From positions 2,368,001 to 2,432,000 of the forward strand of contig OZ250172.1 of assembly GCA_965237905.1 (NCBI GenBank): a DNA stretch of 64,000 nucleotides, given 5' to 3'. The DNA comes from Nitrospinaceae bacterium (lineage in GTDB: Bacteria; Nitrospinota; Nitrospinia; Nitrospinales; Nitrospinaceae). A program made the translations under genes and the position numbers. Below the pieces are notes generated by a model. That model worked only from the letters and a program-made list of their open reading frames with translations. It was not told the DNA's origin and searched no databases. Position 1 is the first letter of the stretch; the number at the start of each line of letters is the position of its first letter. Shown here one piece after another: positions 29,493 through 38,598 of the stretch.

Positions 29493-31643
29493 ATGTCTGT
29501 TGATGCGATGTTCAGCCCTTCCTGGTACCGGGTCGCAAATCTACAACCCCGCCTACGCAGTCATACCCAAATTCACCGTCACCATTACCGTGGAAAAATA
29601 TGGTTTGTTCTTCAGGACCACTCGAGCGGAAGTTATCACCGGTTCAGTCCTCCTGTTTATTATATTATCTCGCAGATGGACGGCACGCGAACGTTTCAGG
29701 AGATCTGGGATCGCGCTGTTGAGCATTTGGGCGACGATGCCCCCACCCAAGATCAGATGATACGGTTAGCGGGCCAGCTTCATTCAAACGATACCCTGTT
29801 GTGTGATGTGCCGCCGGATACGTTCGAGTTGTTTCAGCGTCATGAGTCTCATCAGAAAATGAAATGGAAGCAGTGGTTCCTGAACCCACTTTCCTTGCGC
29901 TTCCCCTTCTTCGATCCGGAACGCCTGCTGAATCAAATGTTGCCTTGGGTTCGACCATTTTTCGGTTGGTTCGGAATTTTTATATGGTGCGCAGTCGTAG
30001 GATACGCTTTGTACCTTTCCGGATTGCACTGGGATGGTTTGACGAAAAATGTGAGCGATCGGATTCTTACTCCGGAAAACCTGCTACTGCTTTGGCTCGT
30101 GTACCCCTTGGTAAAGTTGGTGCACGAATTTGGACACGCCTTTGCTGTTAAAAACTGGGGTGGGGAAGTCCATGAAATTGGAATCATGCTTCTCGTGTTC
30201 ATTCCGGTTCCTTATGTGGAGGCGTCCAGTGCCTCCGCATTCCGGGAAAAACATCGGCGCATGATGGTGGATGCCGCTGGGATTGTAGTGGAGTTGTTGT
30301 TGGCGGCAATCGCTTTAGTAGTTTGGGTTAATGTGGAGCACGGGATTGTTCATGCCATTGCCTATAATGTGATTTTAATTGGCAGTGTGTCCACTCTTTT
30401 TTTCAACGGCAACCCTCTATTACGGTTTGACGGTTATTATTTTCTTGCCGACGCTATTGAAGTACCCAACCTTGGCTCCCGCTCAAATAATTATCTCGGG
30501 TATTTGATTCAGCGGTATGGTTTTGGAGTCCGGAACGCCAAATCTCCGGCAAATACATCTGGGGAACGTTTTTGGATGTTCTCTTATGGAATATCCTCCT
30601 TTTTCTACAGGATGTTTATTGTTGCGGTGATTGCTCTGGTCGTTGCTGAAAAATTCTTTATTGTCGGAATCCTATTAGCCAGCTGGGCGTTGACCACCAT
30701 GATCGGGGTGCCTCTTTATAAAAGACTTAAATTCCTATTTTCAAGTCCCTTGATTAGCGGGAATCGAGCTCGGGCAATAGTGCTCACCACAAGTTTTGTT
30801 GTATCGTTGCTGGGTTTTATATTTTTTGCGCCTTTTCCCTATGCAACTCGGGCGGAAGGAGTGATTTGGCCGCCGGAACATTCCCTGATACGGGCTGAAA
30901 CTGATGGATTTTGTCGAGAAATTCTTGTGAAGTCCAACCAATGGGTTCAACAGGGAGATACCATCATGATCAGCGAGGACCCCTTGTTGGATGCCGAAAA
31001 ACGCATTCTGGAAGCGCGCCTGCAAGAATTGGAAGCGCGCTATCTATCTTTGCGTTACACGGAACGAACCAAAGCGCTGATTCAAAAAGAGGAAATGGTT
31101 ACTGTTAAAAAGCAATTAGACCGCATCCAAGAGTTGGAAAGCCGGTTGACTATTCGTAGCCAGGCTAAAGGAAAACTGATTCTTCCCCGGTTGGAAGATA
31201 TGAAGGGCCGCTTTCTCCATAAGGGAGAATTGATAGGGTATGTGGTCGATTTTCCCTTGAATACAGCTCGAGTGGTAGTACCTCAGGATAATATCGGTTT
31301 GGTAAGGGAACAAACGGTCAAAATACAGATTCGCTTGGCAGAAAGTATCGGAAAAGTTTCTGAAGCGATGGTTTTGCGGGAGGTTCCCGCGGCTACAGTG
31401 AAATTGCCGAGTGTGGCCTTGGGTTTTGCGGGAGGCGGCGAGGTCCCCGTTGATCCGCGGGATGAAGAAGGGACTAAAGCCTTTGACTCGTTTTTTCAGT
31501 TGGATTTGACTTTATCCGACCAGAAAAATATACGATATATTGGAGAGCGGGTTTTTGTGCGTTTCGATCATGGCAGGGTTCCCTTGGCGGAACAGTGGTA
31601 CTACTTCTTTCGACAACTGTTTTTAAGAAAGTTCAGTGTTTAA
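29493..31643 (+). CDS. PqqD-like N-domain / site-2 (M50) zinc metalloprotease / HlyD-like adaptor fusion
   Basis: HEFGH (HExxH) in a TM helix, NGNPLLRFDGYY (M50 NPxxxxDG motif) and multiple TM segments. C-terminal lipoyl/hairpin adaptor. N-terminal MDGTRTFQEIW...QL winged-helix pattern. Confidence 0.88.
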   Translation: MSVDAMFSPSWYRVANLQPRLRSHTQIHRHHYRGKIWFVLQDHSSGSYHRFSPPVYYIISQMDGTRTFQEIWDRAVEHLGDDAPTQDQMIRLAGQLHSNDTLLCDVPPDTFELFQRHESHQKMKWKQWFLNPLSLRFPFFDPERLLNQMLPWVRPFFGWFGIFIWCAVVGYALYLSGLHWDGLTKNVSDRILTPENLLLLWLVYPLVKLVHEFGHAFAVKNWGGEVHEIGIMLLVFIPVPYVEASSASAFREKHRRMMVDAAGIVVELLLAAIALVVWVNVEHGIVHAIAYNVILIGSVSTLFFNGNPLLRFDGYYFLADAIEVPNLGSRSNNYLGYLIQRYGFGVRNAKSPANTSGERFWMFSYGISSFFYRMFIVAVIALVVAEKFFIVGILLASWALTTMIGVPLYKRLKFLFSSPLISGNRARAIVLTTSFVVSLLGFIFFAPFPYATRAEGVIWPPEHSLIRAETDGFCREILVKSNQWVQQGDTIMISEDPLLDAEKRILEARLQELEARYLSLRYTERTKALIQKEEMVTVKKQLDRIQELESRLTIRSQAKGKLILPRLEDMKGRFLHKGELIGYVVDFPLNTARVVVPQDNIGLVREQTVKIQIRLAESIGKVSEAMVLREVPAATVKLPSVALGFAGGGEVPVDPRDEEGTKAFDSFFQLDLTLSDQKNIRYIGERVFVRFDHGRVPLAEQWYYFFRQLFLRKFSV

Positions 31644-33635
31644 ATGTTTATCGCTGAGTGGGAGCGTCCCAGAACCAATTTGGAGCTTTACCCGGAAAAA
31701 AAGTGGGAAGAGCCTAATTTGCTGGAACGAATTTTTTTAAAGGGTAGCCGGTATTTCCGGAAAGGGCCTTCCCTCTCACAGATGTATGAGTTTGCCCACA
31801 GGGTGGAGAGGGCGGGGAAGGAATTCCAACACATTTCTGAAAAGCAGATTGCTCTATGTTCAAAAAAAATACGGACTGACCTTCATAAAAATGGATTCAA
31901 ACCACAGTCCGTAGTCCAAAGTTTTGCTCTGATTCGCGAAGTTTCCCGTCGAACTCTTGGAATCCAGCATTACCCTGTACAGATCATTGGCGGCTACGTC
32001 ATGCTGAATGGTATGATTGCCGAAATGGAAACCGGAGAGGGCAAAACCCTGACAGCAACTCTTCCCGCCTGTACTGCAGCCCTGGCCGGGATTCCCGTTC
32101 ATCTTATTACGGTCAATGATTATCTGGTGCAACGCGATGCGGAGTGGATGGGACCGGTTTACCGAGCCCTTGGGTTGAAAGTGGGAACCATTTTGGAGGG
32201 CATGGATTTGCCAACCCGCAATGAAAGTTATAATGCGGATATTACTTATTGCACCAACAAACAGCTCACTTTTGATTACCTGAAAGACCGTTTGGTTTTT
32301 GGCAACAAACGCGGCCATCTCCGGATGAGTATTGACCGATTGAATGACGATGCTTCGAGTATGAGTAAACTTCTTCTAAGAGGTCTTCATTTCGGAATTG
32401 TCGATGAAGCGGACAGCGTTTTGATTGACGAAGCTCGAACCCCTCTGATTATTTCAAAGACTACCGACAACAATATATCCGATCAGATGTGTCACCAAGC
32501 CCTTCAATTATCCCAAGAAATGATTTTTGGGAGCGACTTTTTAATTTTGGAGCGAGACCGTAAAATCGAGTTCACCCCAAACGGCCAAAACCACGTGTTG
32601 CAAATGGCGAAGGATCTTGGGGGATTATGGAAAGGACAATCACGTAGTTTAGAACTGGTGAGCCAGGCTTTAAGCGCCCGCCATTTGTTTATAAAGGACA
32701 AGCATTATCTTATCCAGGACGAGAAGATTGTAATCATTGATGAGTTCACCGGGCGGGCCATGCCGGACCGGTCTTGGGAACGGGGTCTGCACCAAATGAT
32801 TGAGGCAAAAGAAGACGTTCCCGTTACCGGCCTGAGAGAGACTCTGGCTAAAATCAGCTATCAGCAATTTTTTCGAAGATATCTGCGTTTGGCAGGTATG
32901 ACAGGGACTGCGGATGAAGCATCGAAGGAGTTGGAATCTGTCTACCATCTGAAGGTAATGAAAATACCCACCAATCGCAAAGCTCAACGGGTTTTTCTTT
33001 CCACGCGATCTTTTTCAAAAGCTGCGGACAAATGGGCGGCCATTGCTTCCCGAGTCGAACACATTCATGCCTTAAAGCGCCCGATTTTAATTGGAACCCG
33101 ATCCGTTTCGGATTCCGAGCTGATCAGTTCTTTATTGTCTGAAAAAAAAATTCCGCACCAAACTTTGAATGCAAGACAGGATACGGACGAAGCGAAAGTC
33201 GTCGAGCAGGCCGGGCAGGCGGAGCGCATCACTGTAGCAACCAATATGGCCGGGCGGGGAACCGATATCAAGTTGGCCCCAGGAATCGCCAAGCTGGGAG
33301 GTCTTCACGTCATCGCCAGCGAGCCTCATGAAGCCGGGCGGATTGACCGTCAATTGTTCGGCCGTTGTGGCAGGCAAGGCGATCCGGGAAGCTATGAGTT
33401 GTTTTTTTCTTTGGAAGATGAATTGGTGCAGAGCCATGGTCCTATTATAGCCCTGATGCGTTTGCTTCGTGTCTTCAGGATTAACAGGAATACGGGAAGT
33501 TCCTGGGTCGATAGGATGATTTTATACTGGACTCAAAGATTTGCCGAACGCCATCACGCGAGGATTCGGAAACAATTACTGAAAATGGATCAACAAGTTA
33601 ATAAGATGTTGGCTTTTTCAGGTCAATCGGAGTGA
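31644..33635 (+). CDS. secA: Secondary, C-terminally truncated SecA-like DEAD ATPase
   Basis: AEMETGEGKT (Walker A), TVNDYLVQRD, FDYLKD, IVDEADSVLIDEARTPLIIS, IDEFTGR, GLHQMIEAKE, ATNMAGRGTDI and RIDRQLFGRCGRQGDPG are all present. It is only 663 aa and ends shortly after RKQLLKMD. Confidence 0.93.
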   Translation: MFIAEWERPRTNLELYPEKKWEEPNLLERIFLKGSRYFRKGPSLSQMYEFAHRVERAGKEFQHISEKQIALCSKKIRTDLHKNGFKPQSVVQSFALIREVSRRTLGIQHYPVQIIGGYVMLNGMIAEMETGEGKTLTATLPACTAALAGIPVHLITVNDYLVQRDAEWMGPVYRALGLKVGTILEGMDLPTRNESYNADITYCTNKQLTFDYLKDRLVFGNKRGHLRMSIDRLNDDASSMSKLLLRGLHFGIVDEADSVLIDEARTPLIISKTTDNNISDQMCHQALQLSQEMIFGSDFLILERDRKIEFTPNGQNHVLQMAKDLGGLWKGQSRSLELVSQALSARHLFIKDKHYLIQDEKIVIIDEFTGRAMPDRSWERGLHQMIEAKEDVPVTGLRETLAKISYQQFFRRYLRLAGMTGTADEASKELESVYHLKVMKIPTNRKAQRVFLSTRSFSKAADKWAAIASRVEHIHALKRPILIGTRSVSDSELISSLLSEKKIPHQTLNARQDTDEAKVVEQAGQAERITVATNMAGRGTDIKLAPGIAKLGGLHVIASEPHEAGRIDRQLFGRCGRQGDPGSYELFFSLEDELVQSHGPIIALMRLLRVFRINRNTGSSWVDRMILYWTQRFAERHHARIRKQLLKMDQQVNKMLAFSGQSE

Positions 33636-33639
33636 ATAT

Positions 33640-34467
33640 ATGATTCGAATTCTTTTGTATTCGGTGAGTTTTGTATTTCTTTTTTTATGTTTTGCAGTTC
33701 CTGCGTTTACGGCAAAGAAAGATGATCTGGATTGCGTGATCGAGCCCTATATGACGGTCGAGCTCAGCAGTTCCGTGCAGGGCGTTTTGGAAGAAGTTTT
33801 GGTCAAGCGGGGAGACTCTGTTAAAAAAGGCCAGGTGCTGGCGCGGTTAAAATCCGGTGTTGAGCAGGCGGGTGTTAATCTGGCCAAGGCGCGGGCGGAA
33901 AGTATGACGGAAATTAAGGTTAACAGCGAAAAATATGAATTGAGTAAGCGTACTCTAAAGCGCGTCAGAGAGTTATATCAGAAAAAACTTGTTCCCTCGA
34001 ATGAGTATGATGAAGCGTCAACTTCTGTAGTCGTGGGAGAGCTGGAAGTTTTATTGGCTACAGAAGGCCATCATATCGCACAGTTGGAATTAAAGCGCGC
34101 TGAAGAGATTTTAAAATTGAGAAATATTGTCAGCCCTATAGACGGTGTGGTGGTCGAGCGCTATAAATCGCCCGGGGAATTTGTGGAGGATCAACCTTTA
34201 TTGAAGCTGGCGCGGGTGGATCCTTTATATGTTGAAGTTATTGTTCCCTTATATTGGTTAGGGAGGATCAAAAATGGAATGGCTGTCCAAGTGTATCCTG
34301 AAAAACCTGTGGGAGGATCTTATACAGCCAAAGTTGTCATTGTCGATCCTGTAGTCGATTCGGCAAGCGGAACCTTTGGGGTCCGTCTGGAACTTCCGAA
34401 CGACAACTACAGGATACCCGCAGGGTTGACCTGCGATGTTAAATTTCCTCGAAACCGAAGAAAATAA
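33640..34467 (+). CDS. RND/HlyD-type periplasmic membrane-fusion protein
   Basis: N-terminal signal or TM segment, VELSSSVQGVLEEVLVKRGDSVKKGQVLA, IVSPIDGVV and VDPVVDSASGTFGVRLELPN. Confidence 0.9.
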   Translation: MIRILLYSVSFVFLFLCFAVPAFTAKKDDLDCVIEPYMTVELSSSVQGVLEEVLVKRGDSVKKGQVLARLKSGVEQAGVNLAKARAESMTEIKVNSEKYELSKRTLKRVRELYQKKLVPSNEYDEASTSVVVGELEVLLATEGHHIAQLELKRAEEILKLRNIVSPIDGVVVERYKSPGEFVEDQPLLKLARVDPLYVEVIVPLYWLGRIKNGMAVQVYPEKPVGGSYTAKVVIVDPVVDSASGTFGVRLELPNDNYRIPAGLTCDVKFPRNRRK

Positions 34468-34515
34468 AACGGTTGTAAGTTTCGCCGCCTTTTATGGGCG
34501 GTCATTCATTATCCT

Positions 34516-35241
34516 CTAAGAAGAACCCGCCGATGAAGGTTTCTCCCGGATCATTGAACTGAGCAGGTCATAGATTTCGATGACCATTCGGTTGAACATG
34601 CCCGCCAGGGGTAATAGTGTGAGCCCGAATAAAGGGGCCATCAGGCTGAGACTGATTTCCACCAGACGCCGGGTATTTTTCTGATCCCTGGATCCGTCCA
34701 GAGACCAGAACAATATAATCGCCAAATTGAACAACCACAAAAGCCGAGGCAGATAAGGCCGAAGCGAAGAGGTTATTCTCAAATCACTCCCCTCCACCGC
34801 CTCACCAATCAAGGCCGTTGCATCATTTCTCAGGGAAGACATTTCGGCTGAAAACGGTGAAAGAGGGTGGTCGGGATGGATCCCGGCTTGGGTCAACACC
34901 ACAAACAGCTCCCTGTGCCCGGATAGAAGGTCCAATCGATGAAACTGGAGGTCTAAAAACCGGGCTTTGAAGCTCCGCGTCCGGCTGCAGGTCTCCCGAT
35001 TGCGGACTTCTGCATCCCGCTGGGAGCGGACAAACACCTCCAGAATCATCTCTTCCTTGGATTGAAAGTAATAATAGGCATTCCCTACGGAAACCCCCGC
35101 CTGTTTGGCAATATCCCGCATCGTGGTTCCGCTGTACCCCTTTACCCTAAATTGCTCCAGAGCGGCCTTCAAGATGAGTTCCTTGGTTTTTTGAGCTTTT
35201 GCAGTTTTTTTAGAAGCGGCAGAAATCATGAGGTTTTCCAT
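34516..35241 (-). CDS. TetR-family transcriptional regulator
   Basis: N-terminal HTH ILKAALEQFRVKGYSGTTMRDIAKQAGVSVGNAYYYFQSKEE. Confidence 0.93.
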   Translation of the reverse strand: MENLMISAASKKTAKAQKTKELILKAALEQFRVKGYSGTTMRDIAKQAGVSVGNAYYYFQSKEEMILEVFVRSQRDAEVRNRETCSRTRSFKARFLDLQFHRLDLLSGHRELFVVLTQAGIHPDHPLSPFSAEMSSLRNDATALIGEAVEGSDLRITSSLRPYLPRLLWLFNLAIILFWSLDGSRDQKNTRRLVEISLSLMAPLFGLTLLPLAGMFNRMVIEIYDLLSSMIREKPSSAGSS

Positions 35242-35249
35242 GTTTAAAG

Positions 35250-35350
35250 TTGAACACGTTCATATTATAAGTTCAAATAAATCAATAGTCAATTAAAATA
35301 TTTGAACATGTTCAAAAAAAGACTTCCAATTCTATTTGAACTGATTATAA
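35250..35350. promoter_or_regulatory. Palindromic operator array, probably bound by the adjacent TetR
   Basis: Perfect 16-bp palindrome TTTGAACATGTTCAAA at 35301-35316 and a related TGAACACGTTCA at 35251-35262. Half-sites GTTCAAA (35271) and TTTGAAC (35335) also lie between the divergent genes. Confidence 0.75.
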
Positions 35351-35472
35351 TGGATTCATCAGATTAATACTTTCCGTATGTAATGGAATTGAATTTAGGA
35401 AGGGGAGGAAGCCTTTCCGGCCGATTTGAAGCATTTTTTCACTTCCCCTATTGAGGATGAAAGGAGGGCCCA

Positions 35473-36156
35473 ATGAGAGATTCCAATCAGCCTGTATTAA
35501 GTCCCGTTTGGGATGACTTCCCCATGGGTCTAGTGGCCTTGAAACCCAGATTAGAGCCGGTTACGGGCGATTTGTCCCCAGCCATTGCCAGGGGAAAGTT
35601 GATTCATACCCTGAAAAACGCTTATTCCGGAGAGCTGGGAGCCATCAACGCTTACACAGGTCATCGAAAATCAGTGAATGATCCTGCTGAAAAACAGATG
35701 ATTTATCGAATCGAGGTGGAGGAAATATACCATCGTGAGCGGGTTGGAGAAATACTTTCCGCTCTTGGAGAAGCTCCGTTCGTTCATCAGGATACGGCAA
35801 TGGGGTGGGTTGGAAAAACGCTGGGATATTTGTGTTCGTTGAGTGGTTGGTTTGCCCCTATGTATGGGGCGGGGTTGCTTGAAAGCCGAAATATAAAAGA
35901 ATATGAAGAGGCGGCGCAATTTGCCCTCGCGGCGGGTCATGTCGAATTTCTGGATGATTTGTTGACCATGGCGGAGGTGGAGTGGGAGCATGAGAAATTT
36001 TTTAGAGAGAAATGCCGCTCTCATTTTCTCTATCATTGGTTTCCAAAGTGGCAAACGCCTCCCGCCAGGGAGACGATACGCGAACCTTTTAAATGGGTAG
36101 AATACCCGGAAGGTCAACTGAGCCATCAATTAAATATCGAAGATTTTATCCTGTGA
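35473..36156 (+). CDS. Ferritin-like di-iron carboxylate protein (Coq7/rubrerythrin-like fold)
   Basis: AYSGELGA...EEIYH...LESRNIKEY...EVEWEH gives the E..ExxH..E..ExxH ligand pattern. AAGGAGG ribosome-binding site. Confidence 0.8.
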   Translation: MRDSNQPVLSPVWDDFPMGLVALKPRLEPVTGDLSPAIARGKLIHTLKNAYSGELGAINAYTGHRKSVNDPAEKQMIYRIEVEEIYHRERVGEILSALGEAPFVHQDTAMGWVGKTLGYLCSLSGWFAPMYGAGLLESRNIKEYEEAAQFALAAGHVEFLDDLLTMAEVEWEHEKFFREKCRSHFLYHWFPKWQTPPARETIREPFKWVEYPEGQLSHQLNIEDFIL

Positions 36157-36222
36157 TCGTCTAATGAGAAAAAGAGACCCGATGTTGTTAAGGAGAGGGG
36201 GGATACGATTTCCGGTAGAATC

Positions 36223-36948
36223 CTAATGAAAGGGCGGTTTGGTCCGGCGTTCCATTTCCTCTTCCGTCAAGTTCATTCTCCCCTTTAAAAAGAGAAGTTT
36301 GTTCTCAGCAATGGAAATGGCCTGCTGGTTCCCGGTTTGCTTTCCGAGTTGCAGGGAGAGGGCAATTTCTTTGAGGGATTTATCCCATTCCTTCATGTGT
36401 TCATAAACACTGGCCAGGTTGAGGTGCGCCTGCAGGTGGCCGGGATTCATGGCAATCACTTTGCGGTAATGCTCCGCGGTTTCCGGTAATTTTTGGAGAT
36501 ACCAATACTCCAGGGCAATTTTAAAATGAATCTCGGGATCGGTGGGTTTCAATGCCGCCGCTTTTTCGTACTCCAGAATGGCCAACTCATTTTTAAACGA
36601 TTTGCCATAAGCAGAGGCCAACCCCAGCCGGGCGTCAAGGTGCTTGGGATCTACTTCCAGTGCCTGTTGATAGGCCGCAATCGCTTCTTTGCGTTGGTCC
36701 CATTCTTCATAAACCGATCCCATCCGGTAATGAGCCGGAACAAATTTGGGATCGATTTCCAAGGCCTTGTTGAGAATTTCAACCGCTTCTTCGAATGCGC
36801 CGATTTCCTGTTTTTGAAAAGCGCGCTGAGTCAGCTCTCCAGGATCGGTAATTTCACTGGGGGCTGCGGGATCTTCAACGCTCCCCTCGCATCCCGCCAG
36901 GATCAGAACAAACCCTAAACAAAGAATCTGGAAATTTAGTTTTGACAT
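36223..36948 (-). CDS. TPR-repeat lipoprotein
   Basis: Lipobox LILAGC and about five TPR units (AHYRMGSVY...ALEVDPKH, ARLGLASAY, AHLNLASVY). Confidence 0.88.
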   Translation of the reverse strand: MSKLNFQILCLGFVLILAGCEGSVEDPAAPSEITDPGELTQRAFQKQEIGAFEEAVEILNKALEIDPKFVPAHYRMGSVYEEWDQRKEAIAAYQQALEVDPKHLDARLGLASAYGKSFKNELAILEYEKAAALKPTDPEIHFKIALEYWYLQKLPETAEHYRKVIAMNPGHLQAHLNLASVYEHMKEWDKSLKEIALSLQLGKQTGNQQAISIAENKLLFLKGRMNLTEEEMERRTKPPFH

Positions 36949-37265
36949 GGGAATTCCTTTGGCCCGCCTCTTCAGTGGGTGGGACCGCGATGGAACCCCC
37001 TGAGGCGGAAATTTTCAAGTAAGGGGATTATAGATTAAACGTGGCAATATTCGAGTCCAAACTCATTCGAATCGTTAATTATTTTGAATATTATTTGGGT
37101 GGAGATCGACACCGCTCTTGGCACTCCCTCCAATCGATTGCCAACAAGTTTGAAAAAAGTTGTAAAAAATACTTCCCCTCTCCCTTGGACTCCTTATACT
37201 AATATTATCGATTGTTGCAGGGAGTGCGTTTACCCGTCAGTTCTTACTGTGAATGGGAGGTTGGA

Positions 37266-37961
37266 ATGAGTCGAGCCATGAAGTTTGCGCATCTGGATAC
37301 GAAAGACATCGAAACCACGGAGTCGTATTTTTTCGACCGGTTTTTAAGTGCCCGCATCGATAGCGGGAACGAATCGAACGAAGGCTACGATCTGATTCTG
37401 GAGTTGGGGAGGGATAACGATTGGCACGATCAAAACTGGTCGGCAATCAAGGAAAACGATTTGAAATACGATGAGGACGTGAACCAGTACATCACCCTCA
37501 CCCTGGCGGAGTTGGCGAGTCCCCAGACCCTTCCTTTGATCAACAAGTACCTGGTGAGCCTCGAATCCGATATCGGGCAGGAGGCGGTCAGTTTTGACGA
37601 TCGCGCTAAAACGTATCTGGCTTACAAGGTCAACGCCGACTTCCTGCTCCTCAACCTCGGTTTATTGAATTCCGATTCCAACTTGTTGGGAGATGCCTAT
37701 TTCGACAAGGGCGAGACCTATTATTATTCCGCCGCATCCAGTTTAAAGGCAATCAAAGGCGGGCGCTCCGGGTTGTCGGACGTGATGGAAAAACTTTCCG
37801 AACGGTTCGGAAAGTATGTTGAAATATTGAGAGCCATGAAAAACCAGCACGAAAATTATTTCAGCTTCCATGTCCGCATTCCGGATACAGAATTGAAACG
37901 ATTTGAGCATGAATTGGCTGTGGAGGCCGCCAAACGGCACGATCCCCCGTTGTTGCCCTAA
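37266..37961 (+). CDS. Hypothetical protein
   Basis: Long ORF with coding-like codon pattern. The ATG at 37266 follows GGGAGG (37255-37260) and is preferred over the TTG at 37212. Confidence 0.75.
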   Translation: MSRAMKFAHLDTKDIETTESYFFDRFLSARIDSGNESNEGYDLILELGRDNDWHDQNWSAIKENDLKYDEDVNQYITLTLAELASPQTLPLINKYLVSLESDIGQEAVSFDDRAKTYLAYKVNADFLLLNLGLLNSDSNLLGDAYFDKGETYYYSAASSLKAIKGGRSGLSDVMEKLSERFGKYVEILRAMKNQHENYFSFHVRIPDTELKRFEHELAVEAAKRHDPPLLP

Positions 37962-38090
37962 ATACCCTTCTACGGCGAGCATCCCTCCCTTGTTTTTCTC
38001 CTGAATAATGAATCTTTCGCTATCTCAAACCAATCTTAATAATAGACGACTCTGAATTATGTAAAGGCTCCTGTGTGAAAGGAGGGCCTT

Positions 38091-38221
38091 ATGACCCCGT
38101 CCATTTCTCCATCCAACCATTTTGAGTTTGTAATTATTGGCGGCGGCACAGCATGTATCTGCTTAAGCGCTACATATTACCCCTTCTCTACTGGCATGGC
38201 ATGTTGAAGGGGAGGGCTTGA
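38091..38221 (+). pseudogene. sqr: Internally deleted remnant of a sulfide:quinone oxidoreductase-like flavoprotein gene
   Basis: AAGGAGG plus ATG gives MTPSISPSNHFEFVIIGGGTA, the start of an FAD-binding Rossmann motif. It is joined out of frame to SMYLLKRYILPLLYWHGMLKGRA-stop, which resembles the C-terminus of type II SQRs. Confidence 0.75.
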
Positions 38222-38426
38222 TTTCCCATCGGTAACTTGGAAATCACGGGTGCGAAACCCGTTCTCATCCCTTCATGCCTTGATCAGGGGATGCCCCCCA
38301 GTCCTATTGGAAAACAACTGGATTAACATTATTTAGTCAACTTTTTTGCCCTCCTGTATGAAAATTTGAACATTGAAAGACTATGTAATAACCCTAGTCA
38401 GGGGGGCAGATAAGTAAGGAGATATA

Positions 38427-38480
38427 TATCAAAGGTTTATATTTCTTAATAAACCCTGAGGTGTTGGCACACGGTTTGCG
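38427..38480 (+). promoter_or_regulatory. sigma54 (-24/-12) promoter with upstream IHF site
   Basis: TTGGCACACGGTTTGCG (38464-38480) has GG-N10-GC spacing. TATCAAAGGTTTA (38427-38439) fits the IHF consensus WATCARNNNNTTR. Confidence 0.8.
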
Positions 38481-38598
38481 TCTAACTGAGGTAAATAGAG
38501 GAGTTTTTGATTGTAAACCTTATAGCCGAAATTTGGAGACGCCGTATTTCAAAAAGAAAGGTCCCGAATCTGTTGGCCCCCACCCCAGGAGTTATTAA

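Noticed and set aside
27500..33150. Poly-A tracts (A7-A8) in the export genes as phase-variation sites
   Set aside because: They are either intergenic or in-frame Lys codon runs, typical of the AT-richer genes here.
31644..33635. Housekeeping secA or a secA pseudogene
   Set aside because: It is too short for housekeeping SecA, but all motor motifs are intact and the next gene starts 4 bp after the stop with no remnant of the missing part.
36960..37010. Stem CCGCCTC...GAGGCGG upstream of the TPR gene as an ncRNA
   Set aside because: It is a single imperfect stem with no recognisable family features.
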